Source of the DNA: an uncultured Alphaproteobacteria bacterium
GTDB taxonomy: Bacteria; Pseudomonadota; Alphaproteobacteria; RF32; CAG-239
Direction of reading: 5' to 3'
Length of the DNA stretch: 64,000 nt
Assembly: GCA_949297415.1 (NCBI GenBank)
Contig: CASFSV010000016.1
Location: forward strand, 171 to 64,170
A program made the translations under genes and the position numbers. This document shows, piece after piece, positions 52,426-60,636 of the stretch. Position 1 is the first letter of the stretch. Every line of letters begins with the position of its first letter. The notes below the pieces were generated by a model. The model was not told the DNA's origin and made no database searches. It saw only the letters and a list, made by a program, of their open reading frames with translations.

Positions 52426-53148
52426 TTAATGATAATGTAGAGCGTCACTCAAATAGATACAAGATAAAATTGTATATATGTAAGCTTGCAATACAGCGAT
52501 AAAAAGCTCAAATGCAATGATGCAACTATCAAAGAACAAAGGAACAACGCCCAATAGACCTAGACTAGCAACAAAGCCGGCTATTATTTTTAGCATAATA
52601 TGACCTACTGTCATATTTGCAACCAATCTCACTGTTAAGCTAAATGGTTTGGACAGAAGTGATATTGTTTCTATTGGAATTATTAGCGGGGCAATAGGCC
52701 AAGGTATTCCTCTGGGCATAAAAGTTCTTAGATATCCCCATTTTTTCTTCTTTATCCCTACTGCAATATTAAACAATAAAGCAAATATTGATAATGCACC
52801 TACAGCTGCCAAGTGCGATGTGAACGTAAAGCTATATGGAAATAATCCAAGAACATTTCCTGATGCAATAAAGAGAGATAGTGTGAATATAAACGAAAAA
52901 TATTTTAAACCTTCTTTTCCGACATTATCTAATACAATTTTGTATATAAATTCATAGATACTCTCGGGTATATTTTGCGCCATTCCTGGAATTAATGTTC
53001 TTTTGCGTAAACAAAGTGCAAAAATAGAAATAACTAATGTTGCAGCTAAAACCATGCATAACGATGAATTTGTGAAACCAATATCATATCCGCCAATTTC
53101 TATGGGGATTATTTTTTTGATTTCAAACTGTTCCATTGGACCGGACAC
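52426..53148 (-). CDS. atpB: F0F1 ATP synthase subunit a
   Basis: 240 aa polytopic. Conserved LSLTVRLVANMTVGHIML (essential Arg) and LQAYIYTILSCIYL. Confidence 0.92.
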   Translation of the reverse strand: MSGPMEQFEIKKIIPIEIGGYDIGFTNSSLCMVLAATLVISIFALCLRKRTLIPGMAQNIPESIYEFIYKIVLDNVGKEGLKYFSFIFTLSLFIASGNVLGLFPYSFTFTSHLAAVGALSIFALLFNIAVGIKKKKWGYLRTFMPRGIPWPIAPLIIPIETISLLSKPFSLTVRLVANMTVGHIMLKIIAGFVASLGLLGVVPLFFDSCIIAFELFIAVLQAYIYTILSCIYLSDALHYH

Positions 53149-53161
53149 GTTTTTTTCTCCC

Positions 53162-53461
53162 TTATCTTTTTTCTGTACTTATACTTTTTATATAACGATA
53201 TGCGTTCAGCATGCCAGCACATCCCCCGAATATTGTAAATATTAGCAACATTATATACTTAAAGTCAAATATTTCATCCAAAGTATAACCGATTGCTGCT
53301 CCAACTATTGTTCCCGACGCAAGCTCTACGCTTAACCGCACTCCTACCGTTAAATGGGAAAAATCCGAATGTTTATCAGCGGCATCTTCTGATTGTTGAC
53401 TTGATAATTTCGCTTTGGCTATCTTTTCATCCAGAGCTTTTATATCTTCTGGAACTTTCAT
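53162..53461 (-). CDS. atpI: AtpI-like small membrane protein preceding the F0 genes
   Basis: 99 aa with two TM (VELASGTIVGAAIGYTL; IMLLIFTIFGGCAGMLNAY). Lies directly upstream of atpB. Confidence 0.65.
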   Translation of the reverse strand: MKVPEDIKALDEKIAKAKLSSQQSEDAADKHSDFSHLTVGVRLSVELASGTIVGAAIGYTLDEIFDFKYIMLLIFTIFGGCAGMLNAYRYIKSISTEKR

Positions 53462-54174
53462 TTCATCTCTCCAGACAACCGCTTATTCAAATAATTATTT
53501 AAATCGTCATAGTTTCGTGAACCTCGAATTATTTCTTTTCCATCCTTTCCTTCTATTATAAATGTAGGGGTTCCTTCAATCTCAAAAGTCTTTAAAGCGC
53601 TATCAAATGTTAGTAGTATATCACTCGTTAATTTTTTATCATCATCACATTTTTTTATTGCTTCCTCGGACATTCCATATTCCTTAGCGTATTTATTCAG
53701 TACTTCTTTCTTTCCTGAATAGAACCAATCTTTCTTTTTATATAAAGTTGTTATAAATTCTTCATATTTTTCCGGAGGTAAACAGTAGGATAACTTAGCT
53801 GCTCGCATTGATACGGCATCTATCGGAAAATGTATAAAGACATATTTTAGTTTTCCTTTTTCTATAAAATCTCTTCTAATTTTCGGTAATACATAATTAT
53901 GAAAATCTCCGCAATGTGAACAAGCCATTGATGAAAACGCATACATTGTTAAAGGCGCATTTTCTTTTCCTTCTACTCGCATTTGAGAAGAACTTAATTG
54001 AATGTCTCCGCTTACTTTTTCAGAAAATTCCGCCTTTGCGTGTGCTGGATTGGATAATACGGGGATGCCATCCTTAAAAACGAATCCCTTAGCATTCAAA
54101 TAACCATATGCACACATAATGTAAACAACAATCAGCGCTAAAGCTCGACTTATTCGTTTAATGATTTTCAACAT
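53458..54174 (-). CDS. DsbA-family thiol:disulfide oxidoreductase (periplasmic)
   Basis: N-terminal membrane/signal segment ALALIVVYIMCAYGYLNA. Thioredoxin-fold CxxC motif SSMACSHCGDFH. C-terminal EGTPTFII. Confidence 0.8.
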   Translation of the reverse strand: MLKIIKRISRALALIVVYIMCAYGYLNAKGFVFKDGIPVLSNPAHAKAEFSEKVSGDIQLSSSQMRVEGKENAPLTMYAFSSMACSHCGDFHNYVLPKIRRDFIEKGKLKYVFIHFPIDAVSMRAAKLSYCLPPEKYEEFITTLYKKKDWFYSGKKEVLNKYAKEYGMSEEAIKKCDDDKKLTSDILLTFDSALKTFEIEGTPTFIIEGKDGKEIIRGSRNYDDLNNYLNKRLSGEMK

Positions 54175-54179
54175 TTCAT

Positions 54180-54707
54180 TTATCCTCTATTTGATATAAT
54201 AACACTTTCACCTAATTTTGTTAAAATTTCCTTTAATTTCTCGTCTTTTATATCTGCTACAACATCTTCCATATATTTTTTTTCATCATCACTCAGTTTT
54301 ATTTCTTCTTTTTCCACTTTTACCGGTTTAATTTGTGGTCTTAATTTAATATTCTGGCTAATATTGATTTTGTGTACGGCTTTATATCCAAAATATACAT
54401 TTATTTTTTCTAACAAATATTCTTCTTTATGTTGCAATTCTAAAGCAAAACCACCTACCGGAACTTCCATATATAGAGTTCTGATATTTTCCCTATGGTC
54501 ATATTTTACTTTTATCGGATATGCGTATGCAGCTATTTCTTGCCCTACAATATCTTTCCAATTCAATAAAATATCGGCCTCTACGAAATCTTCTGCCGTC
54601 ATAACATCTTTTATAAGTGGAATAAAAACACTACCCAAACTCTCTAATTCTTTGCAGTGAGGTTCTTCTGATATATGTATTTGAATTTTTTTCATCTTTT
54701 CATTCAT
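54180..54707 (-). CDS. DUF721/DciA-family protein
   Basis: LNWKDIVGQEIAAYAYPIKVKYDHRENIRTLYMEVPVGGFALELQHKEEYLLEKINVYFGYKAVHKINI matches the DUF721 pattern (W..ivG..ia....P..l......L.v.v.....a.eL......ll.kin..fG). Family call from memory. Confidence 0.55.
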   Translation of the reverse strand: MNEKMKKIQIHISEEPHCKELESLGSVFIPLIKDVMTAEDFVEADILLNWKDIVGQEIAAYAYPIKVKYDHRENIRTLYMEVPVGGFALELQHKEEYLLEKINVYFGYKAVHKINISQNIKLRPQIKPVKVEKEEIKLSDDEKKYMEDVVADIKDEKLKEILTKLGESVIISNRG

Positions 54708-55608
54708 CTTCTTTGTATTGACGTGTCAGTGGGTGACGTTTTTTCACTTCATCTTTTAATTTTTCTGTTGTAATGTGCGTATATATTTCCGTCGTTACAA
54801 TATTTTCATGTCCCAGCATTTTTTGTATCGATCTCAAATCAGCACTATTATTCACTAACCTTGTCGCAAATGAATGTCTTAAAATATGTGGATGTACTTT
54901 TTCTGGTGAAATACCTGCTTTTGCAGCTAATTTCTTTAAATTCTTAAAAAATCCATCTCTTGTAATGTGTCCAGATAAAGATTTCTGTGAAGGAAACATC
55001 CAATTGCTTTTTCTCATTCCTATAAATTTATTCCGAACTTCTATATATTCTAAAATATCTGTTATCACTTCTTTAGTTACCGGAACAATGCGTTCTTTAC
55101 TTCCTTTTCCACATATTAGTATTTGGTGCATATCATAATTAATTGCATTTTCAGGTAGTGAAACTAGCTCCGATACTCTTAATCCTGAAGAATACATCAA
55201 TTTTACCATTACATGCATACGCATAAATGAAAAACTTTTTTTTGATTTTGCTACAGCACAAATTTTCTTAATTTCTTTTGATGTCAAAAAATATGGCAAA
55301 CTTTTACCTATTTTGGGGGTTCTTAACTTATTTGCAGGACTTTCTTTTATTAAATTTTCACTCTGTAAAAATTTAAAGAATTCTCTTATGCACGATATTT
55401 TTCGTGATAACGTCTTGGGTGTGTTTCCCGTTTCTGTTAACTCTTTCAAATACTTTTCTATGTCTTCCGTGGTAATATTTATGACATCAAGCTGGGAAAC
55501 AGATGTTAAAAATTGTTTTATATCGTTTTTATATGCTCTTAATGTGTTAAGCGCCGCTCCCTCTTCCACTGCCTTTGCATCTAAAAATTCATTTATATAA
55601 TTTCTCAT
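54700..55608 (-). CDS. xerD: Tyrosine recombinase XerD (XerC/XerD family)
   Basis: N-terminal SAM-like domain FLDAKAVEEGAALNTLRAYKNDIKQF. Catalytic residues in GLRVSELVSL, HPHILRHSFATRLV, LGHENIVTTEIYTHI. XerD preferred because of the divergent aroK neighbour, which is common in alphaproteobacteria. Confidence 0.75.
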   Translation of the reverse strand: MRNYINEFLDAKAVEEGAALNTLRAYKNDIKQFLTSVSQLDVINITTEDIEKYLKELTETGNTPKTLSRKISCIREFFKFLQSENLIKESPANKLRTPKIGKSLPYFLTSKEIKKICAVAKSKKSFSFMRMHVMVKLMYSSGLRVSELVSLPENAINYDMHQILICGKGSKERIVPVTKEVITDILEYIEVRNKFIGMRKSNWMFPSQKSLSGHITRDGFFKNLKKLAAKAGISPEKVHPHILRHSFATRLVNNSADLRSIQKMLGHENIVTTEIYTHITTEKLKDEVKKRHPLTRQYKEDE

Positions 55609-55745
55609 TTGCTAAGCTTTAATTCTACACTTGTTTCTACACGTTGTTGCTCGGGAGTTATGTCTTTACATGCTGTATATACTATTCCCAAAATGATAAT
55701 ACCTAAAATCAAATATAAAATATATTTATTGCTCTTGTTTTTCAT
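55605..55745 (-). CDS. Small (46 aa) membrane/lipoprotein-like ORF translationally coupled to xerD (too short for the ORF track)
   Basis: Manual translation gives MKNKSNKYILYLILGIIILGIVYTACKDITPEQQRVETSVELKLSK. A strong SD AAGGGAGAG precedes the ATG. The stop overlaps the xerD start (ATGA). Confidence 0.45.
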   Translation of the reverse strand: MKNKSNKYILYLILGIIILGIVYTACKDITPEQQRVETSVELKLSK

Positions 55746-55864
55746 GTTTCTCTCCCTTAATGACTATATGCTTTTCAAATTTCATTAAATAGATATTGAT
55801 TATTATTATTATCAATATATCCTTGATTGTAAAGTATGAATAATAATTTTTTGTGAAGATACAT

Positions 55865-56422
55865 ATGACAACTGTTAATAAAATTATATTACTCGTCGGA
55901 CTGATTGGTAGTGGGAAAACGAGTGTCGGAAAAAGACTCGCTAAAAAATTGGGACTTCCTTTTATTGATGGGGATCAAGAAATTGAAAAAGCAGCGGGAC
56001 TTTCTGTTATTGATGTTTTTAAGTGTTTTGGCGTTGAGGAATATAGAGCTGGTGAAGAACGTATAATGAAAAGGCTCTTGTCCGGGGCTCCTTGTGTCTT
56101 AGCATCCGGAGGCGGTGCTTTTGTTGCTGATCAAACTCGTTCCTTAGCTAAAAAAAACGCCCTGACTATTTGGCTTAAAGCTGATATTGATGTTTTATAC
56201 AACCGAACAGCCGGACGGAAAAGAAGACCTTTTTTACAATGTAGCGACTCTAAAATTAAGAGTAAATTACAAACTTATATTGATGAGGAATATCCTTATT
56301 ATTCCGAAGCTGATATTATGGTTGAAACCAGAAATGAAGCTGTAGAATGCACAGTTGGACGCGTTATGAAAGCTATTGAAACTTATTTAAACGATAAAAC
56401 TAGAGAAAAGGATGCTTTATGA
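55865..56422 (+). CDS. aroK: Shikimate kinase (ORF-track GTG start 55853)
   Basis: Walker [39 protein letters not shown], about 185 aa. Confidence 0.85.
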   Translation: MTTVNKIILLVGLIGSGKTSVGKRLAKKLGLPFIDGDQEIEKAAGLSVIDVFKCFGVEEYRAGEERIMKRLLSGAPCVLASGGGAFVADQTRSLAKKNALTIWLKADIDVLYNRTAGRKRRPFLQCSDSKIKSKLQTYIDEEYPYYSEADIMVETRNEAVECTVGRVMKAIETYLNDKTREKDAL

Positions 56423-57138
56423 GAACATTAAATCGTCTTCCAGATGAACTTAGATCTGTTGAAATTATCCCTAATTTTAATCCTTATGCCGAAGGATCTT
56501 GTCTTATTAAATGCGGTAATACTCATGTTATATGTACCGCTACTGTTGATGAAAAAGTTCCTATGTGGCTTAAAAATGAAGAGAAAGGCTGGATTACTGC
56601 TGAATATGCTCTTTTACCAAGAGCGACTTCTACTCGTGTATCGCGTGAAACGCATGGTGTTGGGGGACGAACACATGAAATTCAACGTTTAATTGGACGT
56701 TCTTTGCGTTCCGTTGTTGATTTGTCTGTTTTAAAAGGTTTTTCTATTCTAATTGATTGCGATGTTATCCAAGCAGACGGGGGGACGAGAACTGCTTCCA
56801 TTACAGGAAGCTTTGTAGCTCTTTATATTGCTCTTTCTAAAATGGTTAAAGAAGAAAAAATTCCTTATAATCCTATTCGGGAATTTGTTGCGGCAATTTC
56901 CGCAGGTATTTATCAGGGGGAATTTTTATTGGACTTAGAATATATTGAAGACTCTTCTGCACAAGTTGATGCAAATTTTGTTTTAACTGAAAGCGGGAAA
57001 ATTGTTGAAATTCAAGGAACTGCAGAAGGAGAACCTTTTTCTCAAGAGGATTATGCTCACTTGATGGCTCTGGCTCAAAAAGGTATTACGTTATTAATTC
57101 AAAAACAAAAAGAGGCTCTGAAAAATGTTAAAATATAA
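56419..57138 (+). CDS. rph: Ribonuclease PH
   Basis: [52 protein letters not shown], 239 aa. Confidence 0.93.
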   Translation: MRTLNRLPDELRSVEIIPNFNPYAEGSCLIKCGNTHVICTATVDEKVPMWLKNEEKGWITAEYALLPRATSTRVSRETHGVGGRTHEIQRLIGRSLRSVVDLSVLKGFSILIDCDVIQADGGTRTASITGSFVALYIALSKMVKEEKIPYNPIREFVAAISAGIYQGEFLLDLEYIEDSSAQVDANFVLTESGKIVEIQGTAEGEPFSQEDYAHLMALAQKGITLLIQKQKEALKNVKI

Positions 57139-57727
57139 AGAAATTATTTTTGCCAGTCACAATCAGGGAAAAATTGCTGAAATTCGTGAACTTTTAGCTC
57201 CTTACGGCATTAAAGTTTTATCTGCACGAGACTTAGATTTACCTGATGTTGAAGAAACTGGAAAAACGTTTGAAGAAAATGCTTATATTAAAGCTCTAGC
57301 TGCAGCTAAAGCTCAAAATATTCCTTGCTTTGCTGATGATTCCGGATTGTGTGTTGACGCTATTGGTGGTAGACCCGGTGTGTATACTGCTCGTTACGCC
57401 CCGAATCGTGATTTTAATCTCGGCATGGATAAATTATTAAAAGAATTGGATGAAACGAATTCCAAAAATAGAGCAGCCCATTTTGCTTGCGTTATTGTTT
57501 TTGCTCAACCTGACGGTTCTTATAAATCTTTTGAAGGTAGAGTTGATGGAAACATTGCTTTATCTAAGACCGGATCTGCCGGATTTGGGTATGATCCTAT
57601 TTTTATTCCAACTGGATTTTCACGTTCCTTTGCAGAATTCTCTAGTGAAGAAAAAAACAAGATTTCACATCGTGGACGTGCTTTACAGAAATTTGTTGCT
57701 TATTTAATCGGAGAAAATAAAAATTAA
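57125..57727 (+). CDS. rdgB: Non-canonical purine NTP pyrophosphatase RdgB/HAM1
   Basis: [62 protein letters not shown]. Follows rph. Confidence 0.9.
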   Translation: MLKYKEIIFASHNQGKIAEIRELLAPYGIKVLSARDLDLPDVEETGKTFEENAYIKALAAAKAQNIPCFADDSGLCVDAIGGRPGVYTARYAPNRDFNLGMDKLLKELDETNSKNRAAHFACVIVFAQPDGSYKSFEGRVDGNIALSKTGSAGFGYDPIFIPTGFSRSFAEFSSEEKNKISHRGRALQKFVAYLIGENKN

Positions 57728-60636
57728 TGTCTGCAACGTCTTCTCACCTTTTTAATATTCCGCTTAGCTGCTCCTTTTGGGATACGTTGGCAAAACTCTT
57801 TATTGATAAATATTCAGGCGATTATTTACAGCTTGCTAATGTTCTTTTTTTGCTTCCAAATCGGAGAGCTTGTGTTGATCTCGCAAATGCCTTTGTGCGA
57901 ATCCAGGGCAGAACACCTGCTATTTTACCTCAAATGCTTCCCATTGCTGATATGGATGATGATGAAGTGTTTTTTAGCGGATTTAATCTTGATGAGATGT
58001 TTGAAGCTGAAAATCAAACCATTAGTCGTGATGAAAGGCTCTTTTTATTCACACGTTTAATTATGTCAAAGCCGTCCGATTTTGGTTTGAAACAAATTTC
58101 TTTAGCTCAAGCGCTTAATCTGGCTATTGATTTAGCTAAATTAATTGATACTGCTATCAATCAAGGTTTATCTTTTGACAAGTTGCAAGATTTAGTGCCT
58201 GAAAAATATGCAACACACTGGCAAGAAACTCTTAAATTACTTAAAATTATTACAGAATTCTGGCCAATGATTTTAAAAGAAAGAGATGCTGTTGATGCTT
58301 GTACTCTAAAAAACTCGCTGTTATTTAAACAAGCTCAAATTTGGGAAAAGAATCCTATATCTCAAAATATTGTAGTTGCCGGTGTTACGGCTAGTTTTCC
58401 AGCGATTATCGCTCTTTTAAAGAGTATTATAAACTTACCTAATGGTGAAATTTATTTTTCTGGAATTGATCGCTTTGCAAATCAAGCCTATTGGGACGCT
58501 GTAGATGAAACGCATCCACTTTTTGAAACCAAATCTCTTTTAGAATTATTAGAAATATCTCCGCAAGATGTTATTGATGTTTTATCGCCAAGTTTGCCTG
58601 AGCGAGAACAACTTATCTCAGAAATTATGCGCCCCGCACCTGTTTCTGATGAATGGCGAAGAATTTACGGCTCTTTTGATTTAGATAAAGCTATCAGTGG
58701 GATTTCTGTTATTAATTGCCGCTCTCAACGAGATGAAGCGTTAGCTATTGCTCTAAAAATGCGCGAAGTTCTAAACACGCCGGAAAAGACTGCCGCACTC
58801 ATTACATATGATAGAAATTTGGCTCGTCGTGTTGCTTCTGAATTGGAGCGTTTTGAGATAAAAATTGATGACTCTGCCGGACTGCCGCTTTCCTTAACCT
58901 CTATTGGTATATTTTTCCGCTTATTAGCAGAGGCTGCCGGTAATATGGAATCGGATATTGCTTTTATTACTTTATTAAAGCATCCGTTTATGTTGGTCGG
59001 AATGAATGCTTCTGATTTCAGGAGTATGGTTTACACTTACGAAACAGCTTTGCGACAATCTCAAATACAAGGTCTTTCTGAAGAAAACTCTCGTTTTGTA
59101 AAAAGGATTAAAGATATACTGGCAGATTTTGCTTTATGTTTAGAAAATCCTTCAATTTCCTTTAAAGAAATTCTGGAAAAACATATCACATTGGCTGAGG
59201 CGTGTGCTACTTCGGATGCTCTTGCAGGAAGTTCCGTATTATGGAAAGGCGATGCCGGTAAAACTGCTGCAAAATTTTTCACTCAATTATTATCTTCCTC
59301 TGAAACATTAGGAAATATCAATGGGCAAGACTACTTGCCATTGTTGTGTGAATTAATGGGACTTGAAAGTGTTAGAGCCAGATATGGGACACACCCTCGT
59401 TTGAGTATTCTTGGTCCGATTGAAGCAAGATTGCATCATTTTGATACGGTTATTCTTGGCGAAGTCAATGAAGGTGTTTGGCCTAAGCCTGCACAGGCTG
59501 ATATGTGGATGTCTAGACCTATGAAAAAAGATTTTGGTTTTAGTTTGCCTGAAAAAGCTATTGGTATTCTCGGAGCTGACTTATGTGGCTTTTTAGCTGC
59601 ACCTCAGGTTGTCATTACACGCGCTGACAGAGTCGATGGGGTGCCAATGAAAAAATCTCGTTGGTTACTCAGATTTGAAACGGTTTTAAAAGCCATGCAA
59701 TCTGATATTTTAAAAATTACAGATACCGGATTTTCATCTTTAGCAAATCGACTTGATAAACCTAACGCATATACCCCTATAAAAGCACCGGCTCCATGCC
59801 CACCGCTTTTTTCCCGTCCACGACGTTTATCGGCTAGTGGTGTTGATTTGCTTATTCAGGATCCCTACTCTGTTTTTGCTAAATATATCTTAAAACTTTA
59901 TCCTCTTGATGATTTAGACCAGGAAAAAGATCAGAGAGATTATGGTACTCTTATTCATGCCATTATTGAAGATTTTAATAATATATATCCTGCTGAACTT
60001 CCTGAAAAACCTTTAGATGTTTTAGTTTCTTTGGGTAGAAAACACTTTGTTGACTTTGATATTTCACCGGATTTAGAGGCGTTTTGGTGGCCTAAATTTT
60101 TGAAAACAGCCGAATGGATTATTCAACAAGAACAAGATTATCGTTCTTCGGTTAAACTAGTTCATAATGAAATAAAAGGAGAAATTAGCTATAATCTTCC
60201 GAACGGTCCTTTTACTTTTACCGCAAAAGCTGACCGTATAGATGAACTAAAAGATGGTTGTTTGAATATTCTTGATTACAAAACAGGGAAAATCCCCTCA
60301 TCAAAAGAAGTGCAAAGTGGTCATGCCTTGCAACTCCCTTTAGAGGGGCTTATCGCTTCTAAAGGACATTTTGAAACAATTTCTAATATGAATGTTCAAA
60401 AATTAATTTATTGGCAATTAGGTAATTCAATATTGGAAATAACTCCTCAAAATGATGATATTCTACAACGAACAGAAGATTACCTCTTAAAATTAGTTGA
60501 AACTTTTGATTTTGAAACAACACCTTATCATTCTCGTCCTATTCCAAAGTTTATTCCGAAAAATAGCGACTATGAACATTTGGCGCGTATCAGAGAGTGG
60601 TCTGTTCAAGAAGACGGAGAAAGCAATGAAGACTAA
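57727..60636 (+). CDS. addB: Double-strand break repair protein AddB (alphaproteobacterial type, nuclease-only)
   Basis: 969 aa with no intact helicase Walker A. C-terminal PD-(D/E)xK/RecB-type nuclease motif KADRIDELKDGCLNILDYKTGK. Lies immediately upstream of addA, overlapping it. Confidence 0.8.
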   Translation: MSATSSHLFNIPLSCSFWDTLAKLFIDKYSGDYLQLANVLFLLPNRRACVDLANAFVRIQGRTPAILPQMLPIADMDDDEVFFSGFNLDEMFEAENQTISRDERLFLFTRLIMSKPSDFGLKQISLAQALNLAIDLAKLIDTAINQGLSFDKLQDLVPEKYATHWQETLKLLKIITEFWPMILKERDAVDACTLKNSLLFKQAQIWEKNPISQNIVVAGVTASFPAIIALLKSIINLPNGEIYFSGIDRFANQAYWDAVDETHPLFETKSLLELLEISPQDVIDVLSPSLPEREQLISEIMRPAPVSDEWRRIYGSFDLDKAISGISVINCRSQRDEALAIALKMREVLNTPEKTAALITYDRNLARRVASELERFEIKIDDSAGLPLSLTSIGIFFRLLAEAAGNMESDIAFITLLKHPFMLVGMNASDFRSMVYTYETALRQSQIQGLSEENSRFVKRIKDILADFALCLENPSISFKEILEKHITLAEACATSDALAGSSVLWKGDAGKTAAKFFTQLLSSSETLGNINGQDYLPLLCELMGLESVRARYGTHPRLSILGPIEARLHHFDTVILGEVNEGVWPKPAQADMWMSRPMKKDFGFSLPEKAIGILGADLCGFLAAPQVVITRADRVDGVPMKKSRWLLRFETVLKAMQSDILKITDTGFSSLANRLDKPNAYTPIKAPAPCPPLFSRPRRLSASGVDLLIQDPYSVFAKYILKLYPLDDLDQEKDQRDYGTLIHAIIEDFNNIYPAELPEKPLDVLVSLGRKHFVDFDISPDLEAFWWPKFLKTAEWIIQQEQDYRSSVKLVHNEIKGEISYNLPNGPFTFTAKADRIDELKDGCLNILDYKTGKIPSSKEVQSGHALQLPLEGLIASKGHFETISNMNVQKLIYWQLGNSILEITPQNDDILQRTEDYLLKLVETFDFETTPYHSRPIPKFIPKNSDYEHLARIREWSVQEDGESNED

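Noticed and set aside
54700-55608. Tyrosine recombinase considered as the integrase of a T4SS island
   Set aside because: It lies 3.6 kb beyond the block, separated from it by the atp operon, the dsbA-like gene and DUF721. It has XerC/D-type motifs and the conserved divergent aroK neighbour, so it is a housekeeping dimer-resolution recombinase.
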